From contig CAKJXZ020000030.1 of NCBI GenBank assembly GCA_918234285.1, positions 1 to 64,000 on the forward strand: 64,000 nucleotides of DNA. Direction: 5' to 3'. Below the pieces are notes generated by a model that was not told the DNA's origin, made no database searches, and saw nothing but the letters and a program-made list of their open reading frames with translations. Source of the stretch: Pseudomonadota bacterium. Lineage in GTDB: Bacteria; Pseudomonadota; Alphaproteobacteria; RF32; CAG-239. The translations under genes and the position numbers were made by a program. Positions 37,990-47,979 of the stretch are shown here, piece by piece. The stretch's first letter is position 1; every line of letters starts with the position of its first letter.

Positions 37990-39149
37990 GGCTCAACTCT
38001 TCCCGTACCCTGACAAGTCGGGCACTCAACCGTATACAAATCGCGCAAACTCGGACGGCGACGTTGCCGCAAAATTTCGATATTACCGGCACGGCTCAAG
38101 CCCAATACACGGCTATGGCAAGCATCATCAGCCAATTCTTCTTCCAAGCAATCAATAATACTCTTCATAAAGCGATATTCCGACGAACCGGCAAAGTCTA
38201 TAATAATTTTGCCGGAAAGATTGCGCAAACGAATCTGCCGGGCGATTTCTTTGGCCGCCTCAATATTTAAGGCATCAATATCGCCCACGTTGCGTACCCC
38301 GCCGCTGTCGACATCTATGGCAACGCAAGCGCGCGTTTCTTCAATTTGCAGACTTCCGCCGCTTTTTAACTTAACCGTGCGTTCCAACGCATCGATAATC
38401 GCATCATCAACGCCGTATTCTTCAAAACCGTTTTTCTGCAAAGTTACTTTACCGCCGAACACAGCCGCTACAGCCTGTTCCAAATTAGGTGTATCGACCA
38501 CAACCTCTTTCAAACTGTCGCGATAACGGCGAATGTACTCAAACAACGGATTTTCCTTGGCATACAATAATGCCGGCGCTGTCAATGTTCTGGCTTTTTT
38601 GCGAATATCTTCGTAAACGGCACGTAATTCATCCATTTCGGCAACAATCTGCTGTTCGCTGCCTTCAACTGACATAGTGCGCAAAATCCAACCTTCTTGT
38701 CCGTTGCACTTTTCGCGAACAACTTTAGCATATTGTTCGGCTTTTTGCGTATCTTCGATTTTACGTGAATATTCAACATCATATTTGAACGGGCAATAAA
38801 CCAGATAAGAGCCCACCAACTGAATATTGCGCACCACTTTAGCTCCTTTTTCGGCGTGTTTTTCCTGCAAAACCTGCACCACCACGCTCTGACCTTCGCT
38901 CATATTAGCTTCTTTCAAGGCCGGTTCGTAAGCATTTAAGAATGCCTCATGACCATCGCCTATATCAACAATAAAACCGTATCTGTCATTGGCTAAATTA
39001 ATCTTCTTGACAATTCTGCCGAGATAAACGTTACCCTCAATGGCACGACTGTCGTTATAGATATCGATTTCCATCAAACCGGTATCGTCGAAAACGGCAA
39101 TACCGAAAGCTTCTTCGTTTCTGTCATAAATTATTTTCTGAGCATTCAT
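37986..39149 (-). CDS. rng: Ribonuclease E/G family (RNase G-like)
   Basis: GNVYLGRI S1 domain, AIDVDSG, EIARQIRLRNLSGKIIIDF, CPTCQGTG. Confidence 0.88.
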   Translation of the reverse strand: MNAQKIIYDRNEEAFGIAVFDDTGLMEIDIYNDSRAIEGNVYLGRIVKKINLANDRYGFIVDIGDGHEAFLNAYEPALKEANMSEGQSVVVQVLQEKHAEKGAKVVRNIQLVGSYLVYCPFKYDVEYSRKIEDTQKAEQYAKVVREKCNGQEGWILRTMSVEGSEQQIVAEMDELRAVYEDIRKKARTLTAPALLYAKENPLFEYIRRYRDSLKEVVVDTPNLEQAVAAVFGGKVTLQKNGFEEYGVDDAIIDALERTVKLKSGGSLQIEETRACVAIDVDSGGVRNVGDIDALNIEAAKEIARQIRLRNLSGKIIIDFAGSSEYRFMKSIIDCLEEELADDACHSRVLGLSRAGNIEILRQRRRPSLRDLYTVECPTCQGTGRVEP

Positions 39150-39730
39150 TTTACCCCTACTCCTTTTAACAAATTCAATGTTTCATATAGCGGCAACCCG
39201 ACCACACCGGAATAAGAACCCACCATTTTGGTTACATATCCGGCCAGCCGTCCTTCAATTTTATAACCGCAAACACCTTTCCATTCTCCGCATTCGATAT
39301 ATGCGTTCAAATCCTCATCCGACAATACTTTCATCATTATTTTGGTTGTGACGGTGCGTTGAGAAATCTTTCCTTTTTTATTGATTAAGCACACCGAACT
39401 GATGACGCGATGCGTGCGTCCCGACAAGAGTTTCATATACATAAGCTGTTCGGCGGCATCTTTAGCCTTGTGTAAAATTCTTTGCCCCACGGTCACAACG
39501 GTATCACATGCCAAAACGTTTTCGTCAGGGCACAAAGCGGCAACATGTTTAGCTTTCTCCAGCGCCATTCTCCGCACATAAGGTAACGGCTTTTCATGAG
39601 GCAAACAATTTTCATCAATATCGGCCGGTTGAATTTTTTTAGGCTCATAAGCCACCTGCCGCAACAAGGCAATTCGCTGCGGCGAACCGGATGCCAGTAT
39701 AAAATCTTTTACCTCGATTGAATCTTGCAT
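39146..39730 (-). CDS. maf: Maf-family nucleotide pyrophosphatase
   Basis: ILASGSPQR, ACDTVV, LSGRTH, GSYSGVVGLPL. Confidence 0.95.
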   Translation of the reverse strand: MQDSIEVKDFILASGSPQRIALLRQVAYEPKKIQPADIDENCLPHEKPLPYVRRMALEKAKHVAALCPDENVLACDTVVTVGQRILHKAKDAAEQLMYMKLLSGRTHRVISSVCLINKKGKISQRTVTTKIMMKVLSDEDLNAYIECGEWKGVCGYKIEGRLAGYVTKMVGSYSGVVGLPLYETLNLLKGVGVK

Positions 39731-39733
39731 AAA

Positions 39734-40162
39734 TTAAGCGCCGTTATCATCATCAAAAGTTTTTTCCATACGCTCGTGACGCTCCTGCGCTTCAATCGAC
39801 AGGGTTGCCACCGGACGAGCTTCCAAACGATTTATCCCTATCGGTTCGCCGGTTTCTTCACAATAACCGTATGTTCCTTCTTCGATTCTATCCAACGCTT
39901 CGTCAATTTTCGTTATCAACTTACGAATTCTGTCTTTGGTACGCAAATCCAATGACTTATCGGTTTCCAAAGAAGCGCGGTCAATTTCATCAGGCTGATT
40001 CAGCCCCCCCTGACGTAAATCGTCCAATGTATCGGCCGATTGAGAAACAAGGGATTTCTTCCAATTTTCCAGCTTCTGACGAAAATACTCAAGTTGCATC
40101 TCGTTCATATATTCTTCGTCGGCTGACGGTTTATAATCCGGTGGTAATACAATAGACGTCAT
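39734..40162 (-). CDS. dksA: RNA polymerase-binding factor DksA (alpha type)
   Basis: EEYMNEMQLEYFR, DRASLE, YGYCEETGEPIG..RLEARP. Confidence 0.95.
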   Translation of the reverse strand: MTSIVLPPDYKPSADEEYMNEMQLEYFRQKLENWKKSLVSQSADTLDDLRQGGLNQPDEIDRASLETDKSLDLRTKDRIRKLITKIDEALDRIEEGTYGYCEETGEPIGINRLEARPVATLSIEAQERHERMEKTFDDDNGA

Positions 40163-40255
40163 TTTACATCTCCTTTTATCTGATATAGTTTTACAATAAT
40201 TAACAATAAACCGACACAACTTCAAGACTTATTCTGACTTAATAACATAAAGTTG

Positions 40256-40945
40256 TCAGTTAAATATCCACGTTACCTCATTGTCCCGATCATCGTTGCA
40301 CTGCGCATTGCTATCGCCTTTATTTTTACCGGTCAGCATAACCCGGCTTACCGGCAAAGCGCAAACAGAGTTGCTGCTACCGGTACAATTACCGCTGGTA
40401 GCACCGACAGTACTACCGTTCTCACCGCCATAGGCCGGCCAATACCAAGCCTTTGTTTTGTTGACAATCACGGCATATAAGTCAGCATATTGATTTCTAC
40501 GCCAATCCTTCAAGGCCAGTTCAACACATTGTTTTTTGGAAAGGTTTTTAAATGTTACAAAAAACTTTTCCGGATCGTTATTATAAATATTAACGTCAAC
40601 CTTACCGCCGAATGCGTGGTAAATTGAGACCTTATTGCTTCCCGGCACTACCCGATACGTATTCGGAACAATGGTCTTTGCGCATTCCACCGTGACAGTC
40701 GTACTGTCTTTTTCGCACTTTCCGTTTACTTTATCTACCACCTCAGTATAATCAACATCAATTGCCGAAGAACGCACCATCGCTCCTACCAACTCCGTAA
40801 GTTGCAGAGATGCCGTGCTGTATTTATGATTATCAAACGCACTGCTGACAATCTTTCCTATGGCAATAATCACACCCATAACCACCATAAGGTAGCCCAT
40901 CATTTCAATCATTGACCTGCCGGCCTGTGTTTTCTTTATATTCAT
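40256..40945 (-). CDS. Type IV pilin-like protein
   Basis: Class III signal MNIKKTQAG|RSMIEM followed by a hydrophobic helix; HAFGG, FKNLSKKQCVELA. Confidence 0.8.
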   Translation of the reverse strand: MNIKKTQAGRSMIEMMGYLMVVMGVIIAIGKIVSSAFDNHKYSTASLQLTELVGAMVRSSAIDVDYTEVVDKVNGKCEKDSTTVTVECAKTIVPNTYRVVPGSNKVSIYHAFGGKVDVNIYNNDPEKFFVTFKNLSKKQCVELALKDWRRNQYADLYAVIVNKTKAWYWPAYGGENGSTVGATSGNCTGSSNSVCALPVSRVMLTGKNKGDSNAQCNDDRDNEVTWIFN

Positions 40946-41071
40946 GTTTTTACCCCTGTATGCCTCAGAATACCACAAAAAAACTTCATTAACAATAACT
41001 TTTATAAAATACTTTATTTTTTTTATAAGGCGATTATAATAAAGTTATTAAATATGATTAAGGAATAATAA

Positions 41072-41620
41072 ATGAAAAAGATTACAATTCTTTTAACAAC
41101 CGCACTTTTTACGGCCGTAAGCGGTTTTTCGGCACACGCCGACAGCTATAACTACGTTCCGTATATCGGGGTTGATTATGTGTTCAGCCGCGCTAATGCG
41201 TTCGGCACACATCCCGCGCACCACGGCGGAGCTCTGCGCCTGGGCTCGGAATACAGCAAATATTTTTCAACCGAAGTATTCGTCACCCAAAGCACTCAAG
41301 ATAAAAACAATGTCGGGGCAGACAGTTTAAAAACCTCTTATTTTGCTTACGGCTTGGATATTTTGGCTTATTCTCCGGAGCTTGCCGGGGTTGCTCTCTT
41401 GGCCACCGCTGGTATCGGCGAATATAATTACAAGACCAAATTCAGCCCGACCGATCGTCACCATGAACACGGATACGGCTATCGATTCGGCGGCGGTTTA
41501 AAATATGCTTTTGATGAACATTGGCAAACCCGTTTCATCTGCCGCTACGTAAATTTTGATAAACTGGACGGATATGACCACAGTATGGAATATTCATTCG
41601 GTGTTGAATATCACTTTTAA
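41072..41620 (+). CDS. Outer-membrane beta-barrel protein (OmpA-TM-like)
   Basis: Signal peptide AHA, alternating strands, C-terminal GVEYHF. Confidence 0.85.
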   Translation: MKKITILLTTALFTAVSGFSAHADSYNYVPYIGVDYVFSRANAFGTHPAHHGGALRLGSEYSKYFSTEVFVTQSTQDKNNVGADSLKTSYFAYGLDILAYSPELAGVALLATAGIGEYNYKTKFSPTDRHHEHGYGYRFGGGLKYAFDEHWQTRFICRYVNFDKLDGYDHSMEYSFGVEYHF

Positions 41621-41635
41621 TAAAGGAATAAAACA

Positions 41636-42133
41636 ATGGGGAAAAAACTTTTTGTTATAATCGTAATGCTGTTTTTGTTCGGCTGGAGTTTGACGTTGCT
41701 CCAAAAAAATAAGCCGGAGCCGGTAACCGCTCAAACAGAGGATTCACCGGTGGTGCAAGCTGAAGAAGTTTTGCCGGAAACGGTCTATTCTTTCAACGCA
41801 CAAGAACTTACCGAAGAATGTTCGGAAGATGTCAACGGTATGCTGTGTGCGGTTGAAAAAGCCGTTAAATGTACCTTGAAACCGGAAATGGAAATGTGCG
41901 CCAAATTAAATCTCCCGCCGTTTATTTTCATGAAAGACCCGACTGTAGAGCGCCCGACGGAAATGAATTATAAATTCATCAATAAAATCGTGTTACCGAA
42001 CGGTACCACCGAAATTCATACCGAAAGCTCGTGCAACGGCGGCTGGTTCGGTTTGTGCCAGGGAACAATCATTTACGTTCTCGGTCAAAGCGGCGGCAAA
42101 TGGAACGTTCGTGACATTTATGCCATCGAATAA
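41636..42133 (+). CDS. Hypothetical exported Cys-containing protein
   Basis: N-terminal TM; six Cys; SD AAGGA. Confidence 0.7.
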   Translation: MGKKLFVIIVMLFLFGWSLTLLQKNKPEPVTAQTEDSPVVQAEEVLPETVYSFNAQELTEECSEDVNGMLCAVEKAVKCTLKPEMEMCAKLNLPPFIFMKDPTVERPTEMNYKFINKIVLPNGTTEIHTESSCNGGWFGLCQGTIIYVLGQSGGKWNVRDIYAIE

Positions 42134-42201
42134 GCGGCAACAAGCTTAAATAACAAAACGGCGTCTTATGCGGTCGCCGTTTTATTTTATCTTCAAAAAC
42201 A

Positions 42202-42369
42202 TCAAAACTCAGAAACATTGCCGACACATTTGTCCGGATTTGCCGTGCAATAATTCTGATTCTGGCCGTAACTGCTCATTGATTTTCTTTCTCCGCTTAA
42301 ATGGTCCGCTACAAATGCCGAACACGCCGAAATCAATAAAATTGCCGTAAACATCAATAGTTTTTTCAT
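42202..42369 (-). CDS. Small lipoprotein (55 aa, not in ORF track)
   Basis: MKKLLMFTAILLISAC-SAFVADHLSG..YCTANPDKCVG; SD GGAG. Confidence 0.7.
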   Translation of the reverse strand: MKKLLMFTAILLISACSAFVADHLSGERKSMSSYGQNQNYCTANPDKCVGNVSEF

Positions 42370-42395
42370 AATTATCTCCGCATATCGTCAACAAA

Positions 42396-44111
42396 TTAAA
42401 ACGATGACACAATATCAATATACGGTCTAATTCCTAAACTTTGTTTAAATTCGGAAATATATTTCAGCATATCGCCCCATTCGGTCCACTTATCCACGAA
42501 TTTCTTAGCAAATTCCGGCGATTTTGAAAGTTGTACTTCTATAACCTTTTCCAGCAAACTGCGCGAACCCGACTGCATTTTGGCGAAATCTACGTGCAAT
42601 TTTTTATCGTCGTCAAACCAAAACGCACCATAATCATGCAAATAGTTATATTCAATCAAATCGGCCATACGATGCGCTTCCCTGTCTTGCGGATAAGCCT
42701 TCATAAAATGATGTTTGACAATCCAGGTAACGTAAATTGCCTTCAGCTCCTCCTCGCTGATTATTCCGGCCTTAACGTATTCCGGCATCATCGCCGCCGA
42801 GACCATATCGGCTTTGTGCTCTTCAATTATATGATGATAAACACCGAGTGCGGTCTGATAGGTGCTGTCCGGTCCTAACGAATGCCCGTTTTCGTGCCCG
42901 ATGGTAAACAGATGGTCGTATTCGTTGTCATAATACTTATGCAACTCCGGAATTACCAGTTTTTTAAGTATTTCTTGTATTTTCTCGGATTCTCCGCTGC
43001 GCCGCACCTGACGATGATATACATTACGCCGCCCGCCGCCGTGAGCCAAACTCGGCTTATCGTTATTCGGCAGATTCTGCGCCAGAGTGATACCGCCGCG
43101 ACACAAAGCGTAGTCGCCGGTCAATGCTGCAATATCCGCATCAACCATAGTCTGTTTCAGCCCGTTTTTACCACCGACATTCTGCTCATATTTATCGCTG
43201 TACGGCATTAAGGTCGCCAACTTGGTCATTTCGTTTTTAAACTTCAGCAAAAGCTCGGTACCTTCTTTATTGACAATGCCGACTCTGATACCCAGCATAT
43301 CTTTCGGCACCGGATTAATATGCAAAGCCTCCAGACGCGCACACAAAGCTTTATCGGAAAACAGTTGTGAAGTCAGTTTATCGTCATAATTTTCGCGACT
43401 GAGGGTAAATTCCAGCGGTGTATCCTGCATTTTTGCCCAATGTTTATCGGCCAAAATATCCATTTCCTCATTGTTTTGCAACAGCGCCTGCGCTTGCCAG
43501 CCGAGATAATCCTTAAATAACTCGTCAGTAGTAAAATGCGCCGCACATTCCAACTCATTGGCAATTTCCGAAAATTCATCGGCAAAATACTCGGTATAGT
43601 CTATCGCCTTCAAATATTTACCGTCGCGCCGCACCATGGTACGCGCACTCAAAATCTTACGCACTTCGTCGTTTTTGCCTTCATCGAGCATCTTATTTAT
43701 AATCCGGCTCAATTCTTTGGCATCCAAATCGGTCGGATAAAAATTGCAACCGGCATACTGATGAATTCCTTCAAAAATTTCCACCGGCTCCTTATCGATT
43801 CCGTTGGAACCGGCAACCCCGTTCAGCGAATTAAACAGTTTCAACGTATTTGCGGCATACGGGCTCTTTCCGGCAGCAACCTCCAGTGCCTGTTTTTGCA
43901 CCAAATTCATCGGATGATCCATTTCGAGGGCCACATCATTGATAATACGTGCGGCATTAACCAGGTATTTCAATGCCTTTTTGTCACCCTCCGAAAGTTT
44001 TTTATACGATTCGTTTTCCTCGTCAATCAGCACCACCTGCCGCATTTGTTTATTAACTCTGTTTTTTATGTCTGCGGCCGAATACTTAATTTTAAAACCG
44101 TTAATTTTCAT
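42396..44111 (-). CDS. Peptidase M49 (dipeptidyl-peptidase III-like)
   Basis: NFYPTD, AQNLPN, HENGH zinc motif, EEHKAD. Confidence 0.85.
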   Translation of the reverse strand: MKINGFKIKYSAADIKNRVNKQMRQVVLIDEENESYKKLSEGDKKALKYLVNAARIINDVALEMDHPMNLVQKQALEVAAGKSPYAANTLKLFNSLNGVAGSNGIDKEPVEIFEGIHQYAGCNFYPTDLDAKELSRIINKMLDEGKNDEVRKILSARTMVRRDGKYLKAIDYTEYFADEFSEIANELECAAHFTTDELFKDYLGWQAQALLQNNEEMDILADKHWAKMQDTPLEFTLSRENYDDKLTSQLFSDKALCARLEALHINPVPKDMLGIRVGIVNKEGTELLLKFKNEMTKLATLMPYSDKYEQNVGGKNGLKQTMVDADIAALTGDYALCRGGITLAQNLPNNDKPSLAHGGGRRNVYHRQVRRSGESEKIQEILKKLVIPELHKYYDNEYDHLFTIGHENGHSLGPDSTYQTALGVYHHIIEEHKADMVSAAMMPEYVKAGIISEEELKAIYVTWIVKHHFMKAYPQDREAHRMADLIEYNYLHDYGAFWFDDDKKLHVDFAKMQSGSRSLLEKVIEVQLSKSPEFAKKFVDKWTEWGDMLKYISEFKQSLGIRPYIDIVSSF

Positions 44112-45351
44112 GTTCTATCTCCACTGTTTTGAAGCGATAAAATTCCATCTGTGCACCGTCAACCTCATCCGGAATTTTAATGCGGTTGCGTATGGCTGTC
44201 ATAAGCGCCGCTTCTCCATCCGGACGTTCATCTGCAGCCATCAGAGCGCTGCGTCCTTTGTATTGTACATATACACCGTCATCGGTTTCCAAATAATTAA
44301 TCAACGGCAAATTTATATCCTTTTCTATTTTTTCCAACTCGGTCAGCAGATAAATTTTGTAAGCGGTAATCGGCTGTATTTTCTTGGCGACGGCCTTACG
44401 CGCCAACTCGACGATTGCTACTATAATCCCTTTATTTTTGCCGATTTTAGCTCGCGAAAAGACTTCTTTGTTGGCGGCTCCGAAAAAACGGATATACACC
44501 GTACCGCGATCAAACAATCGATAGGTTTCCGGCGTTTTATCAGGCCATATGGCATCATTTCCGTCAACCAATTCCAGATTCATCGTAAAATACTGTATAA
44601 TATCGCGGCCGTAGTGATTTATATATTCCTGCAGATTTTTCTTTTGCCGCTGTAACTCATTAACTTCGTTGCCGTTTTCAAACCACGACGCATAATTATC
44701 TTCAAGTGCCTGTGCCAACTGCGTATCGATTTCATCAAATATGCGGACTTTATAGGTGTGTTTCTGCGCCAAATAAACCGCTTCATTAATCAAAGAGTTA
44801 TCCTTATCATCGCCGTAGAAATCGGCGCCGAATACCACCAAATTGCCTTCTTTTTGCAAAAACTCATCGATTTCCTGCTCCGGAAAAATATCTTTATCGG
44901 GGAGTTTTGGCAAACGCACCTTTGCGCCGAAATTATGTTCGAGCAAATGTTTGTGCGCCTCGGGATTCCCGATAAATATTATTGACTTAAAAGTCGCCGA
45001 TTGTTTTATATCATGATATAGTTTAAGGATTTCCATAAGATTGCTTCCGGTAACCGTTTTCGGCACAATCAGTATTTTCGGATTTTTCAGATTATTTGTC
45101 TTCCACCGACTCAAGTAACCGGACAACGTTTTGCTCTTTGTTTGTTCGGTTTGATAGAATACCGCGGCGATAACCGGCCGGATTATTTCTTTATCTTCGC
45201 GCACCCGCCCATAATCCACCGCCTTTTCATAATTGGCAAAATTGTTATGATAAAAACGATTGTAATTAACCCAAACCACCAACGCCGCAACTATCAACCA
45301 AAAAAAGCGTATTCCCCATTTTTTAAGTTTTCGACGCGTTGTTTGCAACAT
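44101..45351 (-). CDS. Degenerate Memo/AMMECR1-like fusion with N-terminal TM
   Basis: IIRPVIAAVFY resembles the Memo N-terminus; C-terminal DGVYVQYKGRSALM..YRFKTVEI resembles AMMECR1. Confidence 0.55.
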   Translation of the reverse strand: MLQTTRRKLKKWGIRFFWLIVAALVVWVNYNRFYHNNFANYEKAVDYGRVREDKEIIRPVIAAVFYQTEQTKSKTLSGYLSRWKTNNLKNPKILIVPKTVTGSNLMEILKLYHDIKQSATFKSIIFIGNPEAHKHLLEHNFGAKVRLPKLPDKDIFPEQEIDEFLQKEGNLVVFGADFYGDDKDNSLINEAVYLAQKHTYKVRIFDEIDTQLAQALEDNYASWFENGNEVNELQRQKKNLQEYINHYGRDIIQYFTMNLELVDGNDAIWPDKTPETYRLFDRGTVYIRFFGAANKEVFSRAKIGKNKGIIVAIVELARKAVAKKIQPITAYKIYLLTELEKIEKDINLPLINYLETDDGVYVQYKGRSALMAADERPDGEAALMTAIRNRIKIPDEVDGAQMEFYRFKTVEIEHEN

Positions 45352-45375
45352 GATTTTCCACCCGAAAAAATTATG

Positions 45376-46002
45376 CTAAACCGCTATGCCGCACTTTTTG
45401 AGATTATTCAGCGACAATTCTATCACGGCATCTTCCAATTTTTCGATAATCGGCTCGTCCAAAACCGCCACCACCTGCTTTTTCTCGGTGTTGATGGTCA
45501 GATATTGTGCACCGTCCTCACACTCAAGCCAATAGCGCACATCGCCGTTTTTATGCTGATTTGCTTGCAAATTGGCATCAACTTTGTCGAGCGCGGTAAC
45601 CAGGCGCGATTCCGGTGTTTTTTTATCTTCGTATTCGCGCCACAAATCATAGATTCGCGCCCCGAGTTCAGCCGGCAAAATATCTCTATATTTCTGCATT
45701 GCCGCCAATTCACGTGCATCTTTGAGTTTTTTGGCTTCCGGATTTGCTCGCTGCACCGCCTTCGGACAATCGCCGATTTCGGCTTCGGCAATATCATGCA
45801 CCAGTGCCAATTCCAAGAGCCGTGTAAAATTATATTCATGTTTCAGATACGGATACACCATCATCAGCAGCCATGCCAATTTAAAGCTGTGCGAAGAATC
45901 GGTTTCGCTGCTGCCGTCAGAAAGCAAGGTTGCCCGTTTCACCAGGCAAACCTTGTCCAGAATCTTCATAAATTCGAGTATTTGCGCAATTTTATTTTGC
46001 AT
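45376..46002 (-). CDS. HD-domain hydrolase (HD_3/YfbR-like)
   Basis: ETDSSHS, ALVHDIAEAEIGD, LWREYE..TPES..LDKVD. Confidence 0.88.
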   Translation of the reverse strand: MQNKIAQILEFMKILDKVCLVKRATLLSDGSSETDSSHSFKLAWLLMMVYPYLKHEYNFTRLLELALVHDIAEAEIGDCPKAVQRANPEAKKLKDARELAAMQKYRDILPAELGARIYDLWREYEDKKTPESRLVTALDKVDANLQANQHKNGDVRYWLECEDGAQYLTINTEKKQVVAVLDEPIIEKLEDAVIELSLNNLKKCGIAV

Positions 46003-47272
46003 TTTTACCTATAAACTTTTTGCCGCCCAAATACGGTTGCAATTTTACCGGAATCCGCACCGTACCGTCGGCTTGTTGATGATTTTCGATAAACGGCACC
46101 AACGCACGCGGCGTAGCGATACCGGTGTTATTCAGCGTGTGACAAAAACGCACTTTGCCGTCGTTGCCGCGATAGCGCAAATTGGTACGCCGCGCCTGCC
46201 ATTCCGTAATATTAGAGCAGGAGTGAGTCTCGCGATAGCAATTCTGCGACGGCACCCAAGCCTCCAAGTCATATTGCCGATATTTCGGTGCGCCCATATC
46301 GCCGGTGCAAACTTCCAGCACCTGATACGGCAATTCCAAATCCTGTAGAACTTCTTCGGAAATCTGCAACAAAGTTTTGTGCCATTTTTCACTTTCCGCC
46401 ATATCATTTTTGCAAATAACAAACTGTTCGGTTTTGAAGAACTGATGCACTCTGACCAAACCGCGCGTATCCTTACCGGCTGCACCGGCTTCGCGGCGGA
46501 AACACGGCGAAAATCCGGCATACAGCACCGGCAAATCGGCCTCAGTCAGCATTTCATCGGCGCGAAGTGAGTTCAAAATCAATTCGGCCGTACCCGAAAG
46601 ATAAATATCGTCGGCCGGCATATAATAAATCTCATCGCGAGCAAACGGCAGATAACCCTGATTGTACAGCGGCTTTTCCTTAGAAAGTGCCGGCACCGTA
46701 ATCAGCGTAAAGCCATGTTCGCGCAGTTTATCCATCACCAACATGTGGATTGCCAACTCGAGTTGCGCCAAATCATTCTTAATGGCATAAGTGCGCGAAC
46801 CGGAAACTTTGGCGATTCGCTCCATTTCGCTCCAATCATTGATTTCCATCAACTCAATATGATCTTTCGGCTGAAAATCAAAATGCGGAATTTCGCCGAC
46901 TTTGCGACGCACCACATTAGCCGAATCATCAGGACCGTCCGGACTTTCCTCACTCGGATAGTTCGGCATTCTGAGCATCATGTCATTGAATTTTTCTTCC
47001 AGAGCGAGCAGTTGCTCCTGTTCTTTTTTGAATTCTTCGCCCACCGCCTTACTTTTGGCGATAATGGCCGGTCTTTCTTCGTTTGATGCGGACTTAATCG
47101 AATTGCTGAGCTTATTTTTTTCTTCTGCCAATGCCTGCGACGACGTTTTAAGTTTATTCATTTCATAAAATGCCGCCAACAGTTCATCAACCTTCTCTGC
47201 CGGAAAGCCTTTGCGCCCCAGGCTCTTCTTCACCCAATCGGTGTTATCTGCAATAAATTTAATATCCAACAT
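45992..47272 (-). CDS. serS: Serine--tRNA ligase
   Basis: MLDIKFI, CFRREAGAAGKDTRGLVRVHQF, HTLNNTGIATPR. Confidence 0.98.
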   Translation of the reverse strand: MLDIKFIADNTDWVKKSLGRKGFPAEKVDELLAAFYEMNKLKTSSQALAEEKNKLSNSIKSASNEERPAIIAKSKAVGEEFKKEQEQLLALEEKFNDMMLRMPNYPSEESPDGPDDSANVVRRKVGEIPHFDFQPKDHIELMEINDWSEMERIAKVSGSRTYAIKNDLAQLELAIHMLVMDKLREHGFTLITVPALSKEKPLYNQGYLPFARDEIYYMPADDIYLSGTAELILNSLRADEMLTEADLPVLYAGFSPCFRREAGAAGKDTRGLVRVHQFFKTEQFVICKNDMAESEKWHKTLLQISEEVLQDLELPYQVLEVCTGDMGAPKYRQYDLEAWVPSQNCYRETHSCSNITEWQARRTNLRYRGNDGKVRFCHTLNNTGIATPRALVPFIENHQQADGTVRIPVKLQPYLGGKKFIGKNAK

Positions 47273-47409
47273 CTTTTTTGCCTTAAAAAATTATAGTTAA
47301 ACCTTGGCAGATTATACGTTGTTTCTCCGAGATTACAACACAAATTTTCATGTTGTGACCGTTTTTCGCACGCAAAAATATTTTTTAGACAAAATATGCT
47401 GTTTTTTGC

Positions 47410-47438
47410 TTGATTTTTTGCAAAAAACCGGTTATACT
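47410..47438 (+). promoter_or_regulatory. sigma70 promoter
   Basis: TTGATT-17 nt-TATACT. Confidence 0.65.
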
Positions 47439-47444
47439 GAAGCT

Positions 47445-47648
47445 GTTAAACCTAGGGATTATGTTTGAGATGTATATATAAATTATTGTACTTCTTGTTA
47501 AAGACATAGACCAACTTGTATGACGCTATAATGTTTGAACGTTGTTTCTTTAAGTTAAATAAGCGGCTTAAATTGAGACATACTGGATACGTTTGGTGCG
47601 GTTGGATTTCTTTTTGAGATTCATTTATATGCGAGCCCTAGGTTTTTA
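47445..47648 (+). ncRNA. Candidate ~200-nt rod-like ncRNA
   Basis: Begins at the predicted TSS; closed by AAACCTAGGG/CCCTAGGTTT; nested short complementary blocks. Confidence 0.4.
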
Positions 47649-47979
47649 ATTAGAAGTTGAATTAGATTAAATCGTTATGAAGTGCTTTGTTTTGTGCTTT
47701 TTGCGAATTTAAGATTCTGAGTTATTTGTACTTTATGCCCAAATCTATCATATACCACTCGTAAAATAAGTTTCCGAACCTCGAGCATAAGCGTTGGAGA
47801 ACGTGGGGGTCTGACTGGCGATAGCTTGATCAGTGGAAGGGTATGATAAGTTTGCAATTAGAGAGTATACAGATAATTTTCAAATTTTAAGTTCCGAAAA
47901 TGTCACATTAAATCAGAATTGCTTCGGCAGTTTTGATGCTTTGTGCGGATTAACGAGGAGGTCAAAAATTTATAGAACT

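Noticed and set aside
42209-42418. 69-aa minus-strand ORF from the track
   Set aside because: A different frame (42202-42369) gives a lipoprotein with an SD and lipobox.
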